Origin: Azolla caroliniana
Taxonomy: Eukaryota; Plantae; Polypodiophyta
NCBI GenBank assembly: GCA_043228905.1
Contig: JBHGNT010000073.1
Span: 1 to 64,000, forward strand
Length of the DNA: 64,000 nt
Direction: 5' to 3'
The position numbers and the translations under genes are program-made. Positions within the stretch are counted from its first letter, which is position 1. Every line of letters starts with the position of its first letter. A model generated the notes under the pieces. That model saw only the letters and a program-made list of their open reading frames with translations. It had not been told where the DNA came from and ran no database searches. This document shows positions 40,124 through 54,723 of the stretch, in pieces.

Positions 40124-40240
40124 ATGACACAACCAAATCCAAATAAACAAAGTGTAGAATTGAATCGCACAAGCCTTTACTGGGGACTATTACTGATCCT
40201 TGTACTTGCTGTCCTTTTTTCTAATTATTTCTTCAATTAA
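40124..40240 (+). CDS. psbL: Photosystem II PsbL
   Basis: [23 protein letters not shown]...FSNYFFN*. Confidence 0.97.
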   Translation: MTQPNPNKQSVELNRTSLYWGLLLILVLAVLFSNYFFN

Positions 40241-40370
40241 GGATGGAAAACGATCGTTAACTTCGAGCGAAGGAAGATCAAAATCCTAATCATTCGTGAC
40301 CGTTCATGTCTTAAGTCGTGACCGAGTGGTGGAACCAAACGAAGTAGGGTAAGGGGAGGGGGTGGTACAA

Positions 40371-40493
40371 ACGACCAATACCACTGGAAGGATTCCTTTG
40401 TGGTTGATCGGGACTGTAGCTGGTACACTTGTAATAGGATTGTTAGGGATATTTTTTTACGGAGCCTATTCGGGGCTGGGATCATCTCTCTAA
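40371..40493 (+). CDS. psbJ: Photosystem II PsbJ
   Basis: ACG start; [15 protein letters not shown]...[12 protein letters not shown]. Confidence 0.95.
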   Translation, partial: TTNTTGRIPLWLIGTVAGTLVIGLLGIFFYGAYSGLGSSL

Positions 40494-41025
40494 GGATGGA
40501 TATATCTAGTTGGTAATTACTCGTCGGTGATTTTTTTGTCTAATCCGATTTACGTACTGAGCAAAATGAAGTTGGGGGTGAGTCTATCAAGACTGTCGCT
40601 TCTTCGTTCCTACTTCACGCTACGGTTCAAAAAGGAGAAAGCTTTATGGCTGAGTCTATTCATACTTAAATTCTTTTATAGGGATAGATGTTCTGTGGGT
40701 TTATTTGGAACAATATGGTCTACATATAGATATATATTACTCCAAAAGGTTACTGGATTTCAGTGACGCATCTTTCGAATAAACTAAATACTCGATCGAT
40801 TCTTCTTTGAAGAAGAATCGATCGATAATCAACTTGCTTGATGGTACGATCCAGCCCGCACAACCAACAATTATTAGTATCAGCTACAGCCCTCAAACAC
40901 ACAGATATACTAAATCCTCGCCTTGTCCCTGGTGAGGAGGGGGGGCAGACCAGGTTCAGTTCAGACCTGACCCTTGATCCGTAGTTTAGACTTAAAAAGG
41001 GGTACAATGCAAAGTAAGTGTGGAA

Positions 41026-41991
41026 TCAGAAATTCATTTCTGCCAACTGGACCTTTTCATACTGTTTCTTCTTAAGGACGAGAAAAACCTGTGCCAGAGC
41101 AACTGACGCAAAAAAGACTAGAAGACCTTGAATACGTAATGGGTCTTGGAGTACGATTTCCACTTCCCCCTGACCGAAACCACCCACGTTAGGATTATTA
41201 GTCAATGGCTGATCGACCTTGACGAATTCACCTTCTGAAACGATAAGTTCGGGACCGGGTGGGATAATATCAGTAATTTCACGACTCTCGGATAATTCTT
41301 CAATAACAACTTCGTAACCACCTTTACCCTCTTTACGAACTACCTTCTTTATTTTTCCTGTTACCGAAGCGGCATAAACCGTGTTGTTGCTTTTACTCCC
41401 GTCCGGATATATTTGTCCTCTACCCCTGTTTCCTCCAACATAAATTGGATATTTAAGGAAGTGCGCCTCCTTATTGTTAGCAGGGTCCGGCGCAAGAATT
41501 GGAAATACGATCTCACTATATGGTTTGCCTGGAACCGGACCTATCACGATTATGTTCTTTCTGTCGGGGCGATAGTTTTGGAACGATAGTTTTCCCATTT
41601 TTTCCTTTGTTTCGGCCGGAATCCTATCGGGAGGAGCCAATTCAAACCCTTCGGGTAAAATAAGAACAGCACCTACATTCAACCCACCCTTTTTCCCATT
41701 AGCAAGGACTTGTTTTATCTATGTATCATAGGGAATCTTAACGACTGCTTCAAATACGGTATCGGGAAGAACAGATTGCGGAGCCTCCACATCTACCGGT
41801 TTCTTTGCTAGGTGGCAATTTGCACATACAATGCGCCCTGTAGCTTCGCGCGGATTCTCATAATTCTGCTGTGCAAATATCGGATATGCGTTTGAGACGG
41901 GTGAACAGCTCACTTTACCAAAACCAATGGATACTACTAGTGATAGAACCAACCATTTTTTCATCCAGTTATTCGTAATTCTTCTTCGCAT
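41026..41991 (-). CDS. petA: Apocytochrome f
   Basis: [25 protein letters not shown] heme motif; internal TAG at 41719-41721; ends KVQLAEMNF. Confidence 0.97.
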
Positions 41992-42223
41992 AGATCTATG
42001 ATTGTTGCCAAGTCTCCGCCCAAACGGATCGTTTCCGGACCCTGCATACAAAAGTACTTCCCTTATTTCAATTTAAAATCCATTGGTACTTATCCTCTTT
42101 CTCGGCTCATTCCTTCAATTATTAGTGAATGGCTAAGAAGCGTGGGATAGGTGGGTTGGATCGTTACGAAAGATGCGTCCAATCCGTCGTCTGTCGTCAG
42201 ACGCGGTTTAGGTTTTAGAATCT

Positions 42224-43720
42224 TCATTCACTCATTGTGTGATGAGTCGCTACAATTGAGGGGGATGTACGATTCAAATGACGAAAAATCCGATACTTAA
42301 ATACTGTATCTGAAATGACCGGGAAAGTTGAGACGAAACGAGAAATTGCATATTTATTAGGAGCCAACCCGAAATGTTCAAAGGAGGACCCTACAGAAAG
42401 TTCCCAACCGTGGGGGGAGTGGAACCCTACGCATGGATCAGTTAGTAGAAGAATAGAGAACGCCTTCATTGTGTCATTCAAGCTATAAAATAATTCTTGA
42501 ATCCAAGGGTTTGGAACTGCAAGTCTCTTTCGACCCGTTATAAGCAATAGAACCGAGATTATGATGCTAATTGTATCGGTTACTAATTGCAAAAGTAGCT
42601 GAATATTTGCTTCATTATACATTACTGCCAATCGAATAGTTTCGTTGTACGCATTTGTATCATAATTCCAGAATTGAGTATCTATCGAAATTCCAGTTGC
42701 ATCGTTTAACCAAAGCAGCGCCTCCGTCTTCCGAAGCCGATTCAAAGCCCTCTCCTCTTGAAAGGAGTTTATGAATAGTTGTGGTTGATAAACGTTCCAC
42801 CAACCCCTGATCTGAGGTTCTATAAAGCTATTTTTGAGACTGATTGAAATCGCGGAAGGAAAGAGTAATAAATACCCGATATACCGGATAGAGGCTAATG
42901 ATTGGTTTTTAGCTAACATGAAATCATTAAGTACTGAAAAATTCGATTGACTCGTCAATTCAGCCTTGAATCTCGACAAGGTACGAGTCAAAGATCGGGG
43001 TACCAGGCTTATGGATTCATAAGCCGTTGTACCACCGAAACGATCGTAGCCAGACGGTTCCTCGGTGGGTTCTCGATTCGTTCGAAACGATGGACGGTCT
43101 GTGTAAAAACGCTTCACGCGAGGATCAGAATCATTCAAGGTTGCTTCAATCCAGGCTAATTTTCTATTCATTTCTTCGGAACTAGTCGATTGGTCACAGA
43201 CAAACCTCTTCTTTAAAGAGGCATAACTCTCCTCCGCCTCGTCTTTCCGAAAAAAAGCAAGCCTTTTTTGTTCCTCGCCCGTACTCTTACCTTTGCTGTG
43301 ATTCTTTTTGAACCCTAGGGTTAGTGATCGAGTATTTAGAGTATTCGACGACCGGTACGAAGACAGATCCGGATAATCTTCTGCAAAAAAATCCTTTATG
43401 GTATGAGCCTGAACTAGCGAAGACGACCCAGAATGCTTCATCTCAAGAAAAAACTGCAAAAATCTTTCAAATTTTAAAACCAATAGGCTTAGTCTACACT
43501 CTAGGAGACTCCAATATATTCGAATTTTACTTTTATGGAAATCCCTATCTGTAAAAGTTTCTACGATTGGCAGTGACTCTCCCAAAGGAAACGGTTTTGT
43601 TTGTTTGAAAAGTTTTGTCCTTAGAGACTTTAGGCGCTTACTAGCCTGATAAGCTCTATCCAGGGAACGATATGAAAAACTACGAAACCATCGAAGAACA
43701 ATCCAAATATATGATCTCAT
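42224..43720 (-). CDS. cemA: Chloroplast envelope membrane protein
   Basis: Long non-seed-plant form; LNDTMKAF..LL.TD..VGFHSPHGWE, FVSTFPV. Confidence 0.95.
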   Translation of the reverse strand: MRSYIWIVLRWFRSFSYRSLDRAYQASKRLKSLRTKLFKQTKPFPLGESLPIVETFTDRDFHKSKIRIYWSLLECRLSLLVLKFERFLQFFLEMKHSGSSSLVQAHTIKDFFAEDYPDLSSYRSSNTLNTRSLTLGFKKNHSKGKSTGEEQKRLAFFRKDEAEESYASLKKRFVCDQSTSSEEMNRKLAWIEATLNDSDPRVKRFYTDRPSFRTNREPTEEPSGYDRFGGTTAYESISLVPRSLTRTLSRFKAELTSQSNFSVLNDFMLAKNQSLASIRYIGYLLLFPSAISISLKNSFIEPQIRGWWNVYQPQLFINSFQEERALNRLRKTEALLWLNDATGISIDTQFWNYDTNAYNETIRLAVMYNEANIQLLLQLVTDTISIIISVLLLITGRKRLAVPNPWIQELFYSLNDTMKAFSILLLTDPCVGFHSPHGWELSVGSSFEHFGLAPNKYAISRFVSTFPVISDTVFKYRIFRHLNRTSPSIVATHHTMSE

Positions 43721-43869
43721 ATGTCATTTCGATTTCGGGAGAGGATCCACAAGGTGGAGTACTAATCGAATTAATCTTCATTAGTTTACGAATCGTATTA
43801 TGAAACCCCTAGTACCTGTCCTATCCCGATTTGGTTGATTATTTACCTCTTCATCCACTCGGCGGAATT

Positions 43870-44424
43870 TCATAAACCTTCAACCGATACGCGTAGGAAG
43901 CGGGCGAGTTCGGCTGCTTCTTCCTCCATTCCTCCCAGAGTCAAATCCTGATCAATTCGATTTAGAGGTATATTCTGTCTACCCCTGACTCTTAGATAGA
44001 GGCTTCGGCGGGGGTAGGGACCTTCTCGGACATCCAACCCAACAGCTTCTACGTCTTTCAGTGGGAGATTGATACGAATGCGACGACTAGTTCCGGGAAA
44101 GCCCCATCGGAATATTGAGAAGATTCCCTCCTGTTTATCGAATAAATTGTATCCACTACCCACGTTCCAAAGTACGGTACACCACAAGTAAAACCCGAGA
44201 AAAAGACCTGCGATTCCATAGAAGGACATTACAATACCTTGGGGGATAAAAACAATCTGTTCGGACGGAAGTCCAGGAATCAGGTCTCTGCCAATGCAAC
44301 TAGAGATCCCAACTAGTAGGAAACCTGTTGCACCGCAGACAAGAATAGAAGCCCAACACAGATTTGCTATTGTACGAGAGCCCTTCACGTTATCTACTCG
44401 GATGCGTTTGGAATGACAAGTCAT
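43870..44424 (-). CDS. ycf4: PSI assembly protein Ycf4
   Basis: FIPQGIVMSFYG, WNVGSGYN, IFRWGFPG, AAELARFLRV. Confidence 0.97.
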   Translation of the reverse strand: MTCHSKRIRVDNVKGSRTIANLCWASILVCGATGFLLVGISSCIGRDLIPGLPSEQIVFIPQGIVMSFYGIAGLFLGFYLWCTVLWNVGSGYNLFDKQEGIFSIFRWGFPGTSRRIRINLPLKDVEAVGLDVREGPYPRRSLYLRVRGRQNIPLNRIDQDLTLGGMEEEAAELARFLRVSVEGL

Positions 44425-44822
44425 TAGTATTTCCTCAAAGATTATGTGGTGTAGCGGTTATCCTTTGCGTTACCGACCTTATGACTCCCCCCTAAATAGT
44501 ATATATATTTCTTTTTTTAGCTTGCGTGAAACCCCGACCCGGTTTACGTACAAAAGTGGGTCGGTTTGCCCTTAATTCCTAGATATACTGAGTCATCTAC
44601 TCATGTCGCAGTGGCGGATAAAAAATCTATATCTCATTTCTATTTGAAAAGAAAATGAGACATAGATCTAAGAAGCATCCTCGAGGTATTCAGAGGGTAG
44701 GTACTTTTAGGCGGCGTAAGTCCGGCAAAAAAACTCCGCCAACTCGACAATCGGTTCAAACAACAGATCGATTAAATAGAATCTTTAATGTTTAGTCCTG
44801 AAAGGATATCTAACAGAAAGAA

Positions 44823-44933
44823 TTAGAGGATTTCATCACGCTCTATGTAGAGAAACAGAAAAGCCATTGTAATTGCCGGAAATAATGAGCCTACTAAGGG
44901 TACAAAAATGGAGGGCAGATAGGACGCTGTCAT
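44823..44933 (-). CDS. psaI: Photosystem I PsaI
   Basis: [36 protein letters not shown]. Confidence 0.96.
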   Translation of the reverse strand: MTASYLPSIFVPLVGSLFPAITMAFLFLYIERDEIL

Positions 44934-45324
44934 GATGAATTTACCTCAAATGAAGATAAAAAGGCTATCTATTTATGCAATACTACATCTTCCTTTCACC
45001 TCTCTTTCTAGTATTTAATGATAGTATTTTTTGCCCTACAAAGAGAAGGGCTTTCTAGACTTCCCCTTAGTAGAATCATCTAATAACCAAGTATTATCCC
45101 TATAATTACCCTCGTAGATTAGGTCGTTAGCGAAAAATCTGCAATTGCACTTTTCGTTGATTCAATCGACGTGGATGTGCATTACGTCATAGAGATTGAA
45201 GAAGTCCCCATCTATCTATATGTTGTAGAGATAAAAAAAGAAAGTTTCTTATTGACGTCGAATTGAGTGGAAACTCCAGTTTTTTTCGGGAACAACAATA
45301 GTGAAATCTTTCATATATTATCTA

Positions 45325-46266
45325 TCACTTTTGTCTATCGCGATAAGGTGCTAAGGAATAAAGTTCGAATGTCTCGCTTAAAACACCCTTCGGGAGGTTA
45401 CGTGGTACAATCAAATCAAGTAGTCCATTATCAAATAAAGATTCAGCCGATTGAAAACCGTCAGGTATTTTTTGGCGTAACGTCTGTTCGATCACTCTTT
45501 TACCAGCAAACGCTATATATGCTTCAGGTTCGGCTATGATTATGTCTCCTGACATACCAAAACTAGCAGTTACACCACCCGTAGTTGGATGAGTAAGAAC
45601 CGATATATAAGGCAATTTCTTCTGAACTTGATATTTCTGCAAAGCAGAAGAGATCTTAGCCATTTGCATTAAGCTTAACGTTCCTTCTTGCATACGAGCA
45701 CCCCCAGAAGCACAGACTATGATTAGTGGGAGAGACTCGCACGTTGCATACTCAATCAAGCGGGTAATCTTTTCGCCCACGACAGAACCCATACTTCCTC
45801 CCATGAAACTAAAGTCCATAACACCAAGCGCTATAATTTTTCCATCTAGATGTCCTATACCTGTTTGAACGGCATCCGTCAAACCTGTCTCTTCTTGAGA
45901 ATTAGTGATACGATTGTGATAGAAATCCTCATCGGAGAAACCCAAAACATCCGTTGCGGTCGTGTCTTCATCCATGGGAATCCAAGTGTCGCGATCAATT
46001 AGAAGTTCAATTCTTTCGATGCTATTCATTCGAAGATGATAGCCGCACTGATCACAAATACTCTTATTCTGTTTAAGAAATTTCACATGAAGCGTATTCT
46101 CACAATTGTCACACCGAGCCCATAATCCCTTATGAGTATTGATATTAAGTTTTTTCTCCTTGTCTTTTCCATTTTCACTCGAATCCTCCGAAGTGTCTTC
46201 TGGAAAAGCTCCGATGATCAACCCACCGAATTTGCGTCTATCTTCAAACCAATCTGTTAGAGACAT
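45325..46266 (-). CDS. accD: Acetyl-CoA carboxylase carboxyltransferase beta
   Basis: Zn finger CDNC..CDQC; [17 protein letters not shown]; SGGARMQEG; [10 protein letters not shown]. Confidence 0.97.
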   Translation of the reverse strand: MSLTDWFEDRRKFGGLIIGAFPEDTSEDSSENGKDKEKKLNINTHKGLWARCDNCENTLHVKFLKQNKSICDQCGYHLRMNSIERIELLIDRDTWIPMDEDTTATDVLGFSDEDFYHNRITNSQEETGLTDAVQTGIGHLDGKIIALGVMDFSFMGGSMGSVVGEKITRLIEYATCESLPLIIVCASGGARMQEGTLSLMQMAKISSALQKYQVQKKLPYISVLTHPTTGGVTASFGMSGDIIIAEPEAYIAFAGKRVIEQTLRQKIPDGFQSAESLFDNGLLDLIVPRNLPKGVLSETFELYSLAPYRDRQK

Positions 46267-46635
46267 AAATTTATCCTCGTCTACTTTTCACCCCTAACCC
46301 AAGGAATTTTTTGTGGTGTTTAGATTACACCTATCCCCTCAACAAAATAATTGAATGGATAAATTTATGTACCATCAAAAATATTTCATTAAATATTATC
46401 TAATTGGCATAGTTCCCAGCTGGATTTTTTAAGCTGTTGACGGGTTTGATGGCCCAAGAAACTAAAAGACAGTCGGAGGATTTATTCTACAACCGATCAC
46501 TTATATGTTATGAATTCGAGAGAAAATCTCCAACGTATTGTCGAACAATATGTCACAACATTTTTAATACTGATCCAGTAAATCGTTGATTCGATCTAAT
46601 CAGCCTGTCCTCGCCCTGCCCTCTACTTTTGAGTT

Positions 46636-46709
46636 TGAATTGATGGGGGATCGAACCCCTAGATCCATGGTACAGGACCATGTGCCTTCGTCCAACGAGC
46701 GACCAATTC
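46636..46709 (-). tRNA. trnR-CCG-derived tRNA-like gene with genomic anticodon CUG (pseudogene or edited)
   Basis: 74-nt cloverleaf GAATTGG..CATGG-TCCTGTA-CCATG..GGTTCGATCCCC..TCAATTCA at the rbcL-accD locus of fern trnR-CCG. Confidence 0.7.
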
Positions 46710-46824
46710 TATTTCCGTATATGGGGAAGGGGTACGGTAAAGATAGATTCTCTCCCGATATCCCCTGCCCATTCCACGGGTCCCGCAGGATCGCTTAGTG
46801 GTATCAAAGATTTCTGAAAATCGA

Positions 46825-48372
<1,548 letters not shown>

Positions 48373-48411
48373 CTATTTATCGAAACTCCATTTAAAGCAT
48401 GGAACATTACT

Positions 48412-48441
48412 ATTTTATATCGCGTTTTACGCGGAGTGCAA
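48412..48441 (-). promoter_or_regulatory. rbcL PEP promoter
   Basis: TTGCAC, 18-nt spacer, TAAAAT on the minus strand about 160 nt upstream of rbcL. Confidence 0.65.
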
Positions 48442-48887
48442 CTAACTACTAGGGTTCCTCTCAAAAATCCTTTTGGAAATAGGGATCTATCCCATTCCAA
48501 TAGATTGACTCGGGAATATCTTCATGGTTAGACTGGTCGATAGAAGAAGTCGAGGGATCGGACCAAACGGTTGGTCCGTCTCTCGAGACAGACATCCAAA
48601 CCCATAACGAAAAATCGATGGATAAGACATGCTGGACAGGATGAACTTAATCATACCATGGAATGTTCAACTCGTTAGTCTCTCAAAATGAAACAAGAGA
48701 GAGGGGTTCGGCAGGGTCTGTCTAAAGTTCCGCCTATCTCTTTGTTCCACCCACCTATTATTATATCTGCGAGGGAAATAAACTAAAGGGGTTTGTTCCG
48801 AACGACTCTCTTTTCGCCACCAACAGATAATGGATCGGCGACGAAATAAGATATCTCTCTATCGATTCAGTAATCAAATAAAGATAA

Positions 48888-50384
<1,497 letters not shown>

Positions 50385-50389
50385 AAGGG

Positions 50390-50788
50390 ATGAAATCGAA
50401 TCTTCGCGTAATGGCTCCTAATCGAATCGTTTGGAACTCTGAGGTTTGGGAAATCATTTTATCTACCAACAGTGGTCGGGTTGGTATACTGCCTAACCAC
50501 GCGCCGCTTCTTACAGCTTTAGATATGGGAGTACCGAGGATACGCCAGGACGAGCAATGGTCCGCCATGGCGCTAATGGGTGGTTTCGCCATGGTAGAAA
50601 ATAATCAAGTAACAGTACTGGTCAACGAAGCGGAACGGGCTACCGAAATTGATCCTGACGAAGCTCAAAGGTGTTTTCAGATAGCTCAGGCTGACTCGGC
50701 AAAAGCGGAAGGCAAGAAGAGTGTTATAGAGGCTAATTTAGCTCTTAAGAGGGCCAAGGCTCGATTAGAAGCTTTGAACGCGATTTGA
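50390..50788 (+). CDS. atpE: ATP synthase epsilon
   Basis: [14 protein letters not shown]...[10 protein letters not shown]. Confidence 0.97.
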   Translation: MKSNLRVMAPNRIVWNSEVWEIILSTNSGRVGILPNHAPLLTALDMGVPRIRQDEQWSAMALMGGFAMVENNQVTVLVNEAERATEIDPDEAQRCFQIAQADSAKAEGKKSVIEANLALKRAKARLEALNAI

Positions 50789-50926
50789 TTTTTTTCTTAC
50801 CACCTTGAGATAGATTGGATAGGTAGACGTGTGCGATACGATGCAAAAGAATCCAGCGATTTCGCGGTCCTGTCATAGTATTGAGACATTACCCAAAAAT
50901 TACCATTTATCTCACACATTTGTAGA

Positions 50927-50968
50927 ACTTATTAGATATCAGTCTAGTAATCATGATATCTAATAGGT
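50927..50968. terminator. Stem-loop between atpE and trnM
   Basis: ACTTATTAGATATCA...TGATATCTAATAGGT. Confidence 0.65.
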
Positions 50969-50970
50969 TT

Positions 50971-51043
50971 TACCTACTATTGGATTCGAACCAATGACTC
51001 TCGCCGTATGAAAGCGAAACTCTAACCGCTGAGTCAAGTAGGC
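50971..51043 (-). tRNA. trnM-CAU: tRNA-Met(CAU), elongator
   Basis: Reverse strand GCCTACTTGACTCAG...CGCTTTCATACGGCG...GTTCGAATCCAATAGTAGGTA. Confidence 0.95.
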
Positions 51044-51198
51044 TTTTTTTACGTGACTGCATCCCACGCTTACGTATATATATTATACTCGGCGAGGTAT
51101 TTGGAAACAACTACACGTTCTATCGAGAACAAAAAAAATCATATATCTATTTTTTTTGTTCAAAGATTAGTTATATCCAATTGCCTCGAGTATCTGAC

Positions 51199-51228
51199 TT
51201 GACAAGGATCGATCGGTATTGATACAAT
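51199..51228 (+). promoter_or_regulatory. trnV promoter
   Basis: TTGACA, 18-nt spacer, TACAAT just upstream of trnV. Confidence 0.7.
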
Positions 51229-51253
51229 AGTTATTGCGTCTCAAAACTGACCA

Positions 51254-51922
51254 AGGGCTATAGCTCAGTGGTAGAGCACCTCGTTTACACGTGCGCCGAT
51301 GATTTCTCTAGAAAGGTTTATCGAATCCGATCGATTCACGCAAAATTCTGCATGATACAATTCTGTCTTACCTCGATTAGGTATGGAGGGGAACAATAGC
51401 ATGGCAGGTGGTGGATTGGTCAGAAAAGGATCAATCTTAGAAATATGTTGATATGGTGGATGAGTGATCTATCCAATGCTACAGATTATGGGGGCTGCGC
51501 GAGGACCCCAAAAAATCTCTTCTTCGTCTTACGAACTTTCAGGTGTAAAGAGTATCGTATATTCCTCTCAAGCGACAGAGAATATCCGCCGAAGAGGTAG
51601 ATCAGTGCTTTTTAAGAGCAAACCTGTGTCAACACCAATAACCTAATCAAGATACTTCGGGATTGCTTCATTTATATCCGTAAAGAAATTCTTCTTTTGA
51701 GACGGGTTTAGTCAAGCACACGGAATCACCCTATCTGGTAAGAGGAAGGTTGGTGCATCAATAATCGTTCGTTTATCCCAACTTAAGTGGGAGAGCGGTT
51801 GATGGTAGAGCCCAGTGCAGCGAAAGCGGCATGTTGGGTTCGTTAAGCAGTTCTAGAATATTTAGCATATTTTTTGATCTGCATGACCGAGAATGTCTAC
51901 GGTTCGAATCCGTATAGCCCTA
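51254..51922 (+). tRNA. trnV-UAC: tRNA-Val(UAC) with group II intron (exons 51254-51290, 51888-51922)
   Basis: AGGGCTATAGCTCAG...TTTACAC|GTGCG...|CGAGAATGTCTACGGTTCGAATCCGTATAGCCCTA. Confidence 0.95.
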
Positions 51923-52340
51923 ATCCGACGCAAAAATGAGACACGCATTACCATTCTAATTTTCAATCTATAACAATAAGTATCTATCTATAGAATTAGA
52001 GATAGTTCTAACTCTATAGATATTTATTGTTAAGTTCAATCCGAATCATTAAATTTCTAGATTTTCTCTCCCAAACAAAGTAGTTTGGTAGTTCGATATA
52101 TTCCAGTTATTTGATCATAGAAATGCCCAGATGGACCCTCGACGGAAGTGATAATAGAAAAAAAATCCTCTTGATTCCGCCCTTCCTCGCTTCTCCGGAT
52201 TAATTATCTACCACAGCGATGTGTAAGCAAGGATTTTCTCTTAAACCTTATTTTTGACTTTCCTGAAAAAATGATACATGTTACACCTACTGTGATATAG
52301 CTGTTAAATGACTTTGAAACTGAAAGAAAGGAGTATGTTA

Positions 52341-52703
52341 ATGTTTCTGCTCCATAAATACGATTCTTTCTGGATCTTCCTACTAGTATCTCTGTCTATT
52401 CCCTATCTAGCTCTTTCGATTCCCGGATTTCTTGCCCCTACACGCGAGGGACCAGAAAAATTTTCAATTTATGAGTCGGGTATTGAACCTAAAGGAAATA
52501 CCTTGATTCGTTTTCAGATTCGTTACTACATGTTCGCTTCGGTATTTGCAATCTTCGACGTCGAGACAGTCTTTCTCCATCCTTGGGCTATGAGTTTTAG
52601 GGAATCGGGCCTATTCGCCTTCATTGAAGCAATAATCTTCATACTTATACTAATAGTCGGTTCGGTTCATGCATGGCGAAAAGGAGCATCGGAACGGTCT
52701 CAA
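52341..52703 (+). CDS. ndhC: NDH subunit C
   Basis: [11 protein letters not shown]...YESGIEP...[11 protein letters not shown]; stop inferred from CAA at 52701-52703. Confidence 0.94.
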
Positions 52704-53443
52704 TTACTGAATATTTGAATGGAAAAAGCAATGACAACGTTAAACCCCCCGAGAATTCCCTTATCTATTCAATAGAGTCCTTGTTACCTGATCAGGGCGC
52801 GTCAAACTCAATTTTTTTAGCTAGTATTAATGACTCTTCAAATTGGTCTAGACTATCAAGTTTGTGGCCACTATTATACGGTACTAGCTGCTGTTTTATT
52901 GAGTTTGCTTCACTAATAGGTTCGCGATTCGACTTCGACCGATACGGCTTAGTACCCAGGTCCAGCCCCAGACAGGCTGACCTCATCGTGACAGCCGGTA
53001 CGATAACTATGAAAATGGCTCCATCCCTGGTCAGGTTATATGAACAGATGCCTGAACCAAAATACGTAATTGCTATGGGAGCCTGCACAATTACAGGAGG
53101 TATGTTTAGTACAGATTCCTACAGCACTGTTCGCGGGGTAGATAAATTAATTCCTGTAGATATTTATTTGCCGGGTTGTCCACCTAGACCCGAAGCTATT
53201 ATTGATGCTGTGACCAAACTTCGCAAAAAAGTGGCTCGAGAGAATAACTATAGGAACAAGGATCGAGCTTCTAGTTCTACTCGAAAAAAGTACTTTGGTA
53301 TGAATCATCACCTCCATTTAGTACCCAGCATTCACACTGGCGAATACAACCAACAGCTAGATGATCGGGGTAGAGAGTCCTCGTTAGATGCTTTTTTGGT
53401 CTCGTTAGATTCAATAATAGTAAAAGGTCAGCTTTCAGAATAA
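52694..53443 (+). CDS. ndhK: NDH subunit K
   Basis: ACG start overlapping the ndhC end; [33 protein letters not shown]. Confidence 0.95.
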   Translation, partial: TVSITEYLNGKSNDNVKPPENSLIYSIESLLPDQGASNSIFLASINDSSNWSRLSSLWPLLYGTSCCFIEFASLIGSRFDFDRYGLVPRSSPRQADLIVTAGTITMKMAPSLVRLYEQMPEPKYVIAMGACTITGGMFSTDSYSTVRGVDKLIPVDIYLPGCPPRPEAIIDAVTKLRKKVARENNYRNKDRASSSTRKKYFGMNHHLHLVPSIHTGEYNQQLDDRGRESSLDAFLVSLDSIIVKGQLSE

Positions 53444-53511
53444 TCAATATCGGAAGCTGATGAGTTAATAGTTTTTTGGGGTATAGAAACAGAAGAGAGG
53501 TTTTAATCGAT

Positions 53512-54027
53512 ATGAGTACTACCGAGACAAAAATGTTTGACACCAAGACGACGCAGGGTCGATTATCCGCTTGGTTGACCAAACACGGATTCGCTCACAG
53601 ACCCCTAGGTTATGATTATAGAGGTGTCGAAACTTCGCAGGTTAAAGCTGAAGAGTGGCTGTCAATAGCTGTTGCTCCATACATTTTTGGTTTCAACTAC
53701 CTACGTTCCCAATGTGCGTATGACGCTACACCGGGGGGGCCTTTAGTTAGCGTGTATCACCTCACGCAGATGCAGGACGAGGCGGATCAACCTGAGGAGG
53801 TTTGTACAAAGATCTTTGTTCCAAGAGAAAACCCTATAATTCCTTCGGTTTTTTGGGTTTGGAAAAGTTCTGACTTTCAGGAACGGGAATCTTATGACAT
53901 GTTAGGAATAATCTATCAGGGTCATCCACGTCTTAGGCGTATACTGATGCCTGAAAGCTGGATCGGCTGGCCTTTGCGTAAAGACTACGTTGTACCCAAT
54001 TTTTTTGAGTTGCAGGATGCATATTAG
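53512..54027 (+). CDS. ndhJ: NDH subunit J
   Basis: QGRLSAWL...[13 protein letters not shown]...GWPLRKDY. Start is uncertain (53512 ATG, 53533 ATG or 53551 ACG). Confidence 0.93.
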   Translation: MSTTETKMFDTKTTQGRLSAWLTKHGFAHRPLGYDYRGVETSQVKAEEWLSIAVAPYIFGFNYLRSQCAYDATPGGPLVSVYHLTQMQDEADQPEEVCTKIFVPRENPIIPSVFWVWKSSDFQERESYDMLGIIYQGHPRLRRILMPESWIGWPLRKDYVVPNFFELQDAY

Positions 54028-54283
54028 GTTACATACTAACAGGGGAAGGGGCTTATTCCCTCCTAATGAATAAATTAAAATACCCGTACTTTTCACTTTT
54101 ACAGGGGTATTTTTCAAATGGGAAGGAAGATCCGAGCGATTCGCCAATTATTCAAATTCAAAAGTTCAAAAGACTTATCTGTTTGGATGGATTCTTGTAC
54201 GACTAAATCTACCGATCGTCATATGCCCATCGGAGAGATACGTTCCATGCTATCGTATAGCATTGTTCTCTCTGTTAATAGTA

Positions 54284-54314
54284 TGCCAAGAACCAGACTT
54301 GAACTGGTGACACG

Positions 54315-54351
<37 letters not shown>

Positions 54352-54356
54352 CCGGC
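54284..54356 (-). tRNA. trnF-GAA: tRNA-Phe(GAA)
   Basis: Reverse strand GCCGGGATAGCTCAG...GGACTGAAAATCC...GTTCAAGTCTGGTTCTTGGCA. Confidence 0.96.
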
Positions 54357-54723
54357 CCTTTAAAAGAATATGCTCGAAAAACAGAAGAAGGGTGTAGATC
54401 TTTTTCCGATTCATTTTTTTCTTCTTGCTCGGTCGAACTAGTAGCATTAGATATTTGCTTTGTCAGAGACTTCATGTGGTTTTACTTCGAATGAACCATT
54501 CAGACAGTCTTTTAGGCTTGCTGAATGGTTCATTTGTAATTTCTACCTAAATAGAAAGAAGTTGAAATCGTTTTCAGTCTGAAAGTACGGAATGTTCCGT
54601 AATCAATCGAGTTTTCTTTTAAGTGGACGACATTCATAGCTTTACCTCTTAATAGAGGCACGTCGATCTAAAAACCTATCTGATCTATAAAAGATCAAAA
54701 ATTTTCTCTTTATACTGTCCCAT

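Noticed and set aside
42950-43720. Long N-terminal region of cemA
   Set aside because: Normal for non-seed-plant CemA.
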